A stretch of DNA of 64,000 nt from Peptococcaceae bacterium UBA5752. GTDB taxonomy: Bacteria; Bacillota; Dehalobacteriia; UBA4068. Made by a program: the position numbers and the translations under genes. The notes below the pieces were generated by a model. That model made no database searches. It was not told where the DNA came from and was given only the letters and a program-made list of their open reading frames with translations. Positions 56,544-64,000 of this stretch are shown here, one piece after another (positions within the stretch are counted from its first letter, which is position 1; each line of letters opens with the position of its first letter). The stretch lies in assembly GCA_002419055.1 (NCBI GenBank), contig DIFI01000017.1, positions 41,160 through 105,159 on the forward strand. Direction: 5' to 3'.

Positions 56544-56784
56544 ACAAGTCCGATAATCTATTATGATGTAATTGATTTATGTTTTGGTTACATTTATTAA
56601 TGAAGTAAATGATATTCGTTCGCCATTATATTAATAGATGCGGCTGTTTTATACATAATTGTTATTTTTAACCTAAATTTGCCGGTATGCACATAAGTAA
56701 TAACCCTTTTTCATATGGTTGAATATATGCGGGATTTTTTACACAGTAATGTTAACGTTAAGAGAGTATTAATGAGGTATGATA

Positions 56785-57624
56785 ATGGAGACTAAATATT
56801 TTTTTGGGCATAGGGGTTATAGCACATTATATCCCGAAAACACAATGCTTGCATTTAAGAAGGCGGTAGAAACCGGAGCATGCGGATTCGAATTAGACGT
56901 TGTAAAATCATCCGACGGAGTATTGTTTATAATGCATGATGATACCGTGGATAGAACGACAAACGGTACCGGCAAATGCTCTAAACTAACTTGGGAGTAT
57001 ATCCAAACTTTAGATGCCGGATCATATAAAGATGCAGCGTTTGCAGGGGAAGGAGTTCCATCTTTTGAGCAAGTTTTGGATTTTTTCAATAGAATAAATT
57101 GCTGGATACTTATAGAGATAAAAGATGGATATACTGATATAGCATCTGATGTAGCTAAAATGATCACCGATAAAGGAATGGAAAATCAGGTCAAGATACA
57201 GAGCTTTAATTGGGATTACATGGATACCGTTAAATCCGTAAATCCTTATATATGTACCGGATTGTTAGGTTATATTATATTCACTGCCCAGGTGAAGGCT
57301 TTGGTTAGCGGGCATGATTTTTTATCTCTCAATTCCTATACACAGGCAACTATAAATCACGCTCATACAAATGGCCTCGAAACATTTGTCTGGACAGAAA
57401 ATACCGCTAATGATATCCAAAATTATGTTGATATTAATGTGGATGGGATTATCGGTAATGATGTATTATTATTTATGGATTCAGCTTTTGCCAACAATAT
57501 TATTCAATGCTATCCTATTACTCAAACAGTAGCACCGGTGGCTTATAGACAAAGAAAAGAAACCAAACGGATCACCGTTAAATTAAGTAAAACTGCAGAC
57601 AAAGAATGGGCACGGTCAATATAG
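56785..57624 (+). CDS. glycerophosphodiester phosphodiesterase (GDPD/UgpQ family)
   Basis: FGHRGYSTLYPENTMLAFKKAVETGACGFELDVVKSSDGVLFIMHDDTVDRTTNGTG catalytic motifs. Confidence 0.85.
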   Translation: METKYFFGHRGYSTLYPENTMLAFKKAVETGACGFELDVVKSSDGVLFIMHDDTVDRTTNGTGKCSKLTWEYIQTLDAGSYKDAAFAGEGVPSFEQVLDFFNRINCWILIEIKDGYTDIASDVAKMITDKGMENQVKIQSFNWDYMDTVKSVNPYICTGLLGYIIFTAQVKALVSGHDFLSLNSYTQATINHAHTNGLETFVWTENTANDIQNYVDINVDGIIGNDVLLFMDSAFANNIIQCYPITQTVAPVAYRQRKETKRITVKLSKTADKEWARSI

Positions 57625-57663
57625 TAATTAGAAAGTAAATCATATTGCGGTCATAGATACAAC

Positions 57664-57694
57664 AAAACCCGCCTCTATTGAAGCGGGTTTTATC
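57664..57694. terminator. bidirectional rho-independent terminator between GDPD and GGDEF genes
   Basis: cccgc-ctctattgaa-gcggg with A/T flanks. Confidence 0.7.
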
Positions 57695-57702
57695 ATATGC
57701 TT

Positions 57703-59040
57703 TTATTTAGGAACGGAAACAGACTCTTCAACAACATCTTCACTAATAGTTCTTATACAGTTCCGTCCGCTGCTTTTTGCCAAATACAGTGCCCGGTCAG
57801 CAAGACTGATTGCCTTGGTGATATCTTTCTTTTCGCTTATCGGAATTGTACAAGTACCCAAACTGACGGTAACATAAGAATCAGTTGAGGAATCATCATG
57901 TATGATTTTTAAATCGCATACTTTAGCACTGATCGTATTCGCTGTTTGGGCAATTACTTCCCTGCTCCTGTTAAACGCCGCATAAATGAATTCCTCTCCG
58001 CCCCAACGAACGACAAACTCACTGGAATCTTCAACGATAGAGTTGATTTGATTTGCCACTGCAATTAATATTTTGTCACCTTCTTCGTGGCCGAAACAAT
58101 CATTAAACTGCTTAAAGAAATCAATATCAATCATGATGACTGATATTGTCGAGCCCTCGCAGACATTACAGTCGAATTCTCTGTCAATAAATTCCCGAAA
58201 GCTTCTGCGATTTGGAATACCTGTTAACTCATCCAGCAAGGCGAACTCTTTTAGCTGATGGTTAGCAAGTGCCAGTTTTATATTAATTTTTCTGTTTTCT
58301 TCAATCTTTTTTTCAAGTAATATATTTGATTTATTTAAAAGTATCTTGCTAAGGTAATTTTCGCAATAATTATGATAAATAATTCTGGATATTAACCACG
58401 ATATTACGATAAAAACAAATAAATTCACATAGTGACCAATCAGGATATCTCTTGAACCTTGAAAAAACGGCAGTCCGATTGCGATAATGAGAACTGATAT
58501 AAAATATGGGGCCAAAATCTTTTTGTTATCCAATAAATAAATGGCCGAACAAACGATCATATTTACCATAAAAACTATAAGCTGACCATATAGTCTTTGA
58601 TCCATCAGAGATATTACGCTTCCCCACGACAACATAAATGTTATATACGCAACAAGCGCTATATCTAAATGTTTTCTATGATTTTTCAGGAATTCCCTAT
58701 TACCACAAGATCTGTTGATGATCATCAGATATGTAACGTTGATTATTATCATAATTAAATACATTGCCAGATAGGAGTTGAAAGCAAATCTGCTGTCAAC
58801 TTTTAATATCGCGCTTATGATATCAATTATTAAATATATAGCCTCAATCACAATGACAATAACTGCCATTATTTTTCCCCTGTGGATATTATCAACGATG
58901 CGGTCTATTTCAAAGTGTTCTTTTTCGCATTCATCGATATCATTATTTAAAAAATTCAGTACTATCATTCTTACCTCGATTGCAAATTTCCTTAAAAAAG
59001 TCAAATAACGATATTTTGTTATGTTATAATAATATTTCAT
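57703..59040 (-). CDS. membrane-bound diguanylate cyclase (multi-TM N-terminal domain + GGDEF)
   Basis: C-terminal ...LDELTGIPNRRSF...IMIDIDFFKQFNDCFGHEEGDKIL...RWGGEEFIYAAF (GGEEF active site); ~6 TM helices N-terminally; start uncertain (no RBS at 59040; alternative internal ATG with GAGGT). Confidence 0.85.
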   Translation of the reverse strand: MKYYYNITKYRYLTFLRKFAIEVRMIVLNFLNNDIDECEKEHFEIDRIVDNIHRGKIMAVIVIVIEAIYLIIDIISAILKVDSRFAFNSYLAMYLIMIIINVTYLMIINRSCGNREFLKNHRKHLDIALVAYITFMLSWGSVISLMDQRLYGQLIVFMVNMIVCSAIYLLDNKKILAPYFISVLIIAIGLPFFQGSRDILIGHYVNLFVFIVISWLISRIIYHNYCENYLSKILLNKSNILLEKKIEENRKINIKLALANHQLKEFALLDELTGIPNRRSFREFIDREFDCNVCEGSTISVIMIDIDFFKQFNDCFGHEEGDKILIAVANQINSIVEDSSEFVVRWGGEEFIYAAFNRSREVIAQTANTISAKVCDLKIIHDDSSTDSYVTVSLGTCTIPISEKKDITKAISLADRALYLAKSSGRNCIRTISEDVVEESVSVPK

Positions 59041-59438
59041 ATTTCATATATATGCAACAACAAATTTGTAATTTTGTTCTATATCTTATCATTAGAAAAT
59101 GCAATTTAACGTTTTCAATTAACAGAATACCCCCACATATTGCTTCGAACAACATGCGGTGAATCATGTTATATGAGAGTCTATTAGACGTAAAAACTTA
59201 CGCAATTTATATGTAATTTCAGACATAAAAAAACAAACTCTCTGAAATTAAAAATAGGGTTTCGTTTGGCGGAGCTACTTAATCCAAATACTAACGTTAA
59301 ATTTTTAGATGGATTTGCCGTTACGAAAATCTTAACAACCTGTTTTTTTATGTTTAATTTATGATATATATACAGTTAAGTTGCATTTATGTTTACTGTA
59401 ATATATAATATATTTTATTTATTGTGAAGGGGTGTAAT

Positions 59439-60062
59439 ATGTTTAGAACAACTCCAAAAGAGGAAATCTTTTTTGATATGTTCGTTGATACTGCAAAAAA
59501 ATCCTGCGAAGCCGCAATATTACTGGATGATTTGGTAAACAATTACGTTTCAATTAATGAAAAGATTAACGCCATTGAGACGATCGAACATGAATGCGAC
59601 CAATGCGTCCATGACATTATCAAGCAGCTCAACAAATCGTTTATCACTCCAATTGACCGCGAGGACATAAACGAAATAGTCAAGGTGCTGGATAATATTA
59701 CGGATGCTATCGAGTCCACAGCGCACAGATTTAAAATGCTTAACGTAAAGACTATAACCGATGAGGCGAAGGTAATGTCAAAACTTATCGTAGCCTGTAC
59801 AACCGAGCTTTTAGGCGTAATGACCGAGCTCAAACATATGAAGACCAGTAAAACGTTGTATACAAAAATCATTGAAGTGAATCGTATCGAAGATAAAGGT
59901 GATGATGTTTTTAGGGGTGCCATAACCTCTATGTTTATAAACGACTCAAATCCAATCGATGTAATAAAATGGAAAGAAATCTACGAATTCCTTGAAAACT
60001 CCCTCGATGCATGTGAGGACGTGGCAAACATCGTTGAAGGGATAGTAATGAAACATGTCTAG
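59439..60062 (+). CDS. DUF47-family (PhoU-like) protein associated with Pit phosphate transporter
   Basis: Helical 207-aa protein immediately upstream of and overlapping pitA, as in Firmicute pit operons. Confidence 0.7.
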   Translation: MFRTTPKEEIFFDMFVDTAKKSCEAAILLDDLVNNYVSINEKINAIETIEHECDQCVHDIIKQLNKSFITPIDREDINEIVKVLDNITDAIESTAHRFKMLNVKTITDEAKVMSKLIVACTTELLGVMTELKHMKTSKTLYTKIIEVNRIEDKGDDVFRGAITSMFINDSNPIDVIKWKEIYEFLENSLDACEDVANIVEGIVMKHV

Positions 60063-61053
60063 TTCAATAATGCTGATAGCCGTTATTGCCATCGCTTTGA
60101 CCTTCGATTTCATCAACGGGTTTCACGACACCGCAAACGCGATAGCTACCTCCGTTTCCACAAGGGTACTTTCGCCAAGGCAAGCAATTATCATGGCCGC
60201 TGTCTTGAATTTTGCCGGAGCTCTCATCAGCGAGAGCGTGGCAAAAACCATTTCATCCGGTCTTGTAAACGGGAGTCTGGAGCAATATGTAATCGTAGCC
60301 GCCTTGCTTGCCGCAGTAATATGGGATCTTATTACATGGTATATAGGAATACCGAGCAGTTCCTCTCACGCTTTGATAGGCGGCCTTGTAGGCGCATCAT
60401 TAGTTTATGCTTGGAGCGTTGACAAAATAATATGGACAGGCGTTCTGGAAAAGGTCGTTATCCCGCTGGTCTCATCCCCGTTAATCGGTTTTGTATTCGG
60501 CTATCTGATAATGAGCAGCCTGTTTGAACTACTTAGGCCTTTCTCTCAGAAAATGGTAAACAAGTGGTTCTCAAAGCTGCAGATAGTTTCGGCAGCTTTA
60601 ATGGCATTTTCACACGGGTGCAACGACGCGCAGAAATCTATGGGCATTATCACACTTGCACTTGTCAGTGCGGGTACAATCAGTAGTAATGCCGGGATAC
60701 CGCTATTAGTTAAGCTTGCCTGCGCAGTCGCCATGGCGCTGGGTACATCGATTGGCGGATGGAAGATAATCAAAACCATCGGCGTCAACATGATAAAGCT
60801 TCAGCCTATAGGAGGATTTGCAGCAGAAACAAGCGCCGCAGTTGTCATACATGCGATGACAGCCTTTGGAGCCCCGGTGAGCACAACGCATGTGATTACC
60901 GCCTCTATTATGGGCGTTGGTGCTTCAAAAAGGTTTTCCGCCGTGCGGTGGGCGCTGGCAAAGAGTATTGTTAAGGCCTGGGTACTGACAATACCGGTAA
61001 CCATGCTGCTGGGGGCGCTGATAACTCTTCTGTTCAAATTATCAATCGGATAA
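60055..61053 (+). CDS. pitA: inorganic phosphate transporter PitA (PHO4 family)
   Basis: TFDFINGFHDTANAIATSV and later GCNDAQKSMGII repeat signatures. Confidence 0.9.
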   Translation: MSSSIMLIAVIAIALTFDFINGFHDTANAIATSVSTRVLSPRQAIIMAAVLNFAGALISESVAKTISSGLVNGSLEQYVIVAALLAAVIWDLITWYIGIPSSSSHALIGGLVGASLVYAWSVDKIIWTGVLEKVVIPLVSSPLIGFVFGYLIMSSLFELLRPFSQKMVNKWFSKLQIVSAALMAFSHGCNDAQKSMGIITLALVSAGTISSNAGIPLLVKLACAVAMALGTSIGGWKIIKTIGVNMIKLQPIGGFAAETSAAVVIHAMTAFGAPVSTTHVITASIMGVGASKRFSAVRWALAKSIVKAWVLTIPVTMLLGALITLLFKLSIG

Positions 61054-61083
61054 GCCAAATAAAAAAGTTTGTTGATTAATAAA

Positions 61084-61118
61084 AACCCTATGTTCATTAA
61101 GAACACAGGGCTTTTTTG
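61084..61118. terminator. bidirectional rho-independent terminator
   Basis: ccctatgttc-attaa-gaacacaggg + CTTTTTT. Confidence 0.7.
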
Positions 61119-61161
61119 GTTAAGGGACTTTACATATACGAAGATACAAGCCGCAACGTTA

Positions 61162-62088
61162 TTACTCGCCTTTGACGCTCCTGCAAGAGATTAGCCAAGG
61201 AGCCGGAAATGGCTCCGTCAAGTTTTTGCTATTGACTCGCGATACTTCTATATGTATTGCTTCAGTGCGCTCCAAGCCGTTTTCTCTAAACAATGCAGGA
61301 AGCAATGTCAGAATTTCGAAATCCAGAGTGTAGATCACAAAATCTATGTCAGGGTTGATTGCCAGCAGGCTCTTTATTTCACTGCCAATCCTCTGAGAAG
61401 CAACGATAAATGCTATGTCCGGTACCGGCAGCTTATCCGGAATACTATCTTGCAGAGATTCAACAGACTCGATGATTGTTACGTTATTGAGGCCGAATTT
61501 CTCAATATTCTCTTTCATGGTATTGCGGTCTTTTGTGTCATATTCCACAGCAAAGACTCTGCCCTCAGCAGCAATCATGGCGGACTCAACCGCGATGCTC
61601 TCACCCGAGATTATACATATATTATCCCGGTACCCCAGATTAAGCTTATTCATTATAATCGCCCGAACTTCCCGGCAACAATATCGAACAGAGCCGCTGG
61701 AAAAACGGTTATTTTCCATTCCTATATGATAATTTGTGACAGCGTTGGGATTGAGAATCAACATAGCTGCAGAGGCGTTGATCCCGCGGTCGATCATGCA
61801 TGATAGCTTGTCGTGCTTGATCTCGCCGGATGGATCTGAGCCCTCATTGTACCAGATGTCACAGTCCCCTAGTTCCGAATTCCACATCTCGTAGAAAATA
61901 TCCGGATGTCCGGCATCTGTAAAGACCAGTACTGCCCGGTTGCTCATAATAGCCGGAATTAGGTTCTTATTCTTACCTGTAATGTCAAGTATCTTAAGTT
62001 TTGCCAGGTTGATCTCAACGTTGCTTGAAAAATACTGAAGCCAAGATAAAATGGCCTCATTGGTAAACATTGACTGTTCCATAGACAA
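61162..62088 (-). CDS. precorrin-6Y C5,15-methyltransferase-like protein (CbiE/CbiT, CobL-type; tentative)
   Basis: C-terminal half ...RVFAVEYDTKDRNTMKENIEKFGLNNVTIIE resembles CbiT class-I SAM methyltransferase; N-terminal half tetrapyrrole-methylase-like; by motif memory only. Confidence 0.4.
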   Translation of the reverse strand: MSMEQSMFTNEAILSWLQYFSSNVEINLAKLKILDITGKNKNLIPAIMSNRAVLVFTDAGHPDIFYEMWNSELGDCDIWYNEGSDPSGEIKHDKLSCMIDRGINASAAMLILNPNAVTNYHIGMENNRFSSGSVRYCCREVRAIIMNKLNLGYRDNICIISGESIAVESAMIAAEGRVFAVEYDTKDRNTMKENIEKFGLNNVTIIESVESLQDSIPDKLPVPDIAFIVASQRIGSEIKSLLAINPDIDFVIYTLDFEILTLLPALFRENGLERTEAIHIEVSRVNSKNLTEPFPAPWLISCRSVKGE

Positions 62089-62149
62089 AACCTCCTTATT
62101 AAAGTATCATACCATATTTTAGTATTCGTGCACAGTCTGGAACAAAATT

Positions 62150-63088
62150 TTAAGCGTCGGTGCGTTCCAGCAAGCGTTCCCATTTTTGATCCACATATTG
62201 CTGCGCTTCTTCAATCATCCACTCATTGCCTTTGAGGAACATATGTTTGAATCTGCCCTGAGATCGGAAAAATTCCTCCACGGGCAGCTTTTTCTTCGGC
62301 ATATAGCTTAAACGCCATACTCCCTCCTCTACTTCGTAAAGAGGCCAGACGCAGGTATCGACCGCCAGCTTAATGATCTCCGGAAGCTTAGCCATCGGGT
62401 AATCCCAACCGCGGGGGCATGGGGACAATACGTTCAAAAAGCAAGGTCCCTCCGTATAAATGGCTTTATAAGACTTGGTGTGCAGATCCCTGAAATTGCC
62501 TATGGGGGCAGTCTGGGCTGCATAAGGGATATTATGAGCAACCAAGATCTCAGTCAAATCTTTTTTATTCTGTTTTTTACCCTTCCCGACAGGACCTACA
62601 GCCGAGGTAGTCGTACGGGCAAAACGAGGCGTTGAAGATGAACGCTGAATACCGGTATTCATGTAAGCTTCGTTATCATAGCAGACGTAGACCATATCAT
62701 GACCGCGTTCCATGGCGCCTGAAAGTGATTGCAGCCCGATATCATAAGTACCTCCGTCACCTGAAAAGGTGATAAACTTAACGGTACCTTCCACCTTGCC
62801 GCGGCGTTTCAAAGCGTTATATGCCGCTTCCGCTCCGGAACAGGTAGCTGCGGAGTTTTCAAAAGCGGAATGAATAAAACTGTCCGTATAGGCAGTGTAA
62901 GGATACATAAAGGTAGAGACCTCCAGACAGCTGGTAGCATTGACAATAACTGCTCTGTCCTCTTTTTCTAAGGCACGCAGAACACCTGATACAATGATCC
63001 CGGCGCCACAGCCGGCGCAGAGCCGATGTCCACCGGTGAGACGTTCCGGCTTTTCTACTTCCCGTTTCAGGTCATATACTGCACTCAT
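62150..63088 (-). CDS. porB: 2-oxoacid:ferredoxin oxidoreductase beta subunit (TPP-binding; PorB/VorB-type)
   Basis: CAGCGAGIIV...GDGGTYDIGLQSLSGAMERGHDMVYVCYDNEAYMNTGIQRS (TPP-binding GDG...N motif). Confidence 0.85.
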   Translation of the reverse strand: MSAVYDLKREVEKPERLTGGHRLCAGCGAGIIVSGVLRALEKEDRAVIVNATSCLEVSTFMYPYTAYTDSFIHSAFENSAATCSGAEAAYNALKRRGKVEGTVKFITFSGDGGTYDIGLQSLSGAMERGHDMVYVCYDNEAYMNTGIQRSSSTPRFARTTTSAVGPVGKGKKQNKKDLTEILVAHNIPYAAQTAPIGNFRDLHTKSYKAIYTEGPCFLNVLSPCPRGWDYPMAKLPEIIKLAVDTCVWPLYEVEEGVWRLSYMPKKKLPVEEFFRSQGRFKHMFLKGNEWMIEEAQQYVDQKWERLLERTDA

Positions 63089-63089
63089 G

Positions 63090-64000
63090 TTATCTCCTCC
63101 TCTGTCTCTGTCCCAGATGGGTATATACAGGTCCGGTCTCGCCGGTCACAGTAATATACGCCAGCCGACCGAACACTTCTTCAACATCTTCTGTCTTTAA
63201 GTCACGACCGCCCAAACCGTAAACGATATCGATCAGATACGGACGATCCTTGAGATCATACAAAGCGCTGCGAGTCTCGGCAAATAACGGGCCGCCGTTT
63301 GCCGAAAAGCCTTCGGACTTATCCATGACAGCCACGGCCTTGGTATTAGCCAAAGCCCGCGCCAGTTCCTCGCCCGGGAATGGACGAAAGACTCTGACTT
63401 TTATAAGCCCTGCCTTTACTCCATTCTCCCGCAGCTTATCGACAGCCGCTTTGGCAGTTCCGGCACTTGATCCGATCAAAACCAACGCAAGCTGGGCATC
63501 CTCCATACGATATTCTTCGAAAAGGCCATAGTGCCTGCCGGAAATCTTGGCAAATTCCGCGGCAACCTCCAGTATGCGGGCCTTGGCGGCCTTCATTGCC
63601 TCCGCCTCCATAACCTTGTGTTCCATGTAATATGGACTGATATCGTATGGTCCTACCGCCAGCGGATTTTCTTTTTTCAACAGATAATTTTCGGGGTTAT
63701 ATTCCCCGACAAACTTGCGCACGGCATCCGTCTCCAAAAGCTCTATATTTTCTACGGCATGACTGGTAATGAAGCCATCCATACAGGTCATCACCGGTAA
63801 GCGTACGCTTGGCGTCTCGCCGACAGGCACGGCCATGATAAAATTATCGTAGGCCTCCTGATTATTTTCGGCATAGATTTGAATCCAGCCGCTATCACGG
63901 GCTCCCATAGAGTCGGAGTGGTCGTTGTTGATGTTAATAGGCCCCGAAAGAGCGCGGTTGACGCAGGCCAGTGTAATAGGCAGCCGGCATGAAGCCGCGA
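63090..64000 (-). CDS. porA: 2-oxoacid:ferredoxin oxidoreductase alpha subunit (PorA/VorA-type), C-terminal part; 5' end beyond window
   Basis: Reading frame stays open to the window edge (...PITLACVNRALSGPININNDHSDSMGARDSGWIQIYAENNQE...), typical PorA core; ends 1 nt before porB. Confidence 0.8.
   Translation of the reverse strand, partial: AASCRLPITLACVNRALSGPININNDHSDSMGARDSGWIQIYAENNQEAYDNFIMAVPVGETPSVRLPVMTCMDGFITSHAVENIELLETDAVRKFVGEYNPENYLLKKENPLAVGPYDISPYYMEHKVMEAEAMKAAKARILEVAAEFAKISGRHYGLFEEYRMEDAQLALVLIGSSAGTAKAAVDKLRENGVKAGLIKVRVFRPFPGEELARALANTKAVAVMDKSEGFSANGGPLFAETRSALYDLKDRPYLIDIVYGLGGRDLKTEDVEEVFGRLAYITVTGETGPVYTHLGQRQRRR

Overview
This 64-kb window looks like chromosome from a flagellated, spore-forming, anaerobic Firmicute (Clostridia/Negativicutes-like; inferred from gene content, not verified by any search).

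Main blocks:
- 1–9.2 kb, minus strand: core fla operon, flgB-flgC-fliE-fliF-fliG-fliH-fliI-fliJ-fliK-flgD-(small operon protein)-flgE.
- 9.3–10.2 kb: divergent intergenic region holding three copies of a ~130–180-bp repeat and two sigma-28-like promoters.
- 10.2–14.7 kb, plus strand: fliD-fliS-(FliT-like?)-motA-motB.
- 14.8–15.9 kb, minus strand: cheC-cheD.
- 16.2–23.4 kb: the stand-out region, a compositionally distinct (GC-richer), tightly coupled three-gene operon.
  - A 1612-aa multidomain protein with an HD phosphohydrolase motif, a long HEAT/ARM-like helical region, an HxGH/ISSTxIR nucleotidyltransferase domain (NMN/NaMN-adenylyltransferase-like) and a type-I PRTase motif.
  - An Ldh/Mdh-like Rossmann protein with an N-terminal extension.
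  - An FMN-reductase/flavodoxin-like protein with an N-terminal extension.
- 23.4–24.6 kb: AT-rich islet carrying a nucleoside 2-deoxyribosyltransferase/Rcl-like gene interrupted by a single in-frame TAA next to an A10 tract.
- 24.6–30.4 kb, minus strand: ferredoxin-AOR-NuoE-like-NuoF-like-2Fe2S/4Fe4S protein-MoaD-like, a putative NAD(H)-linked tungsten aldehyde:ferredoxin oxidoreductase complex under an IclR regulator.

Other content:
- Sporulation genes: tgl, a cwlJ-gerQ-like operon and two tandem tlp genes.
- A fluoride riboswitch in front of crcB-crcB-DUF190.
- msrAB, a MarR/MFS pair, TetR, GGDEF, GDPD, DUF47-pitA and porAB.
- Several decayed genes: arsenosugar-type ArsS/DUF2064 fragments, a frameshifted GNAT, an AraC/GyrI remnant and a DUF3795 duplicate remnant.

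No CRISPR array, transposase or integrase was recognised.
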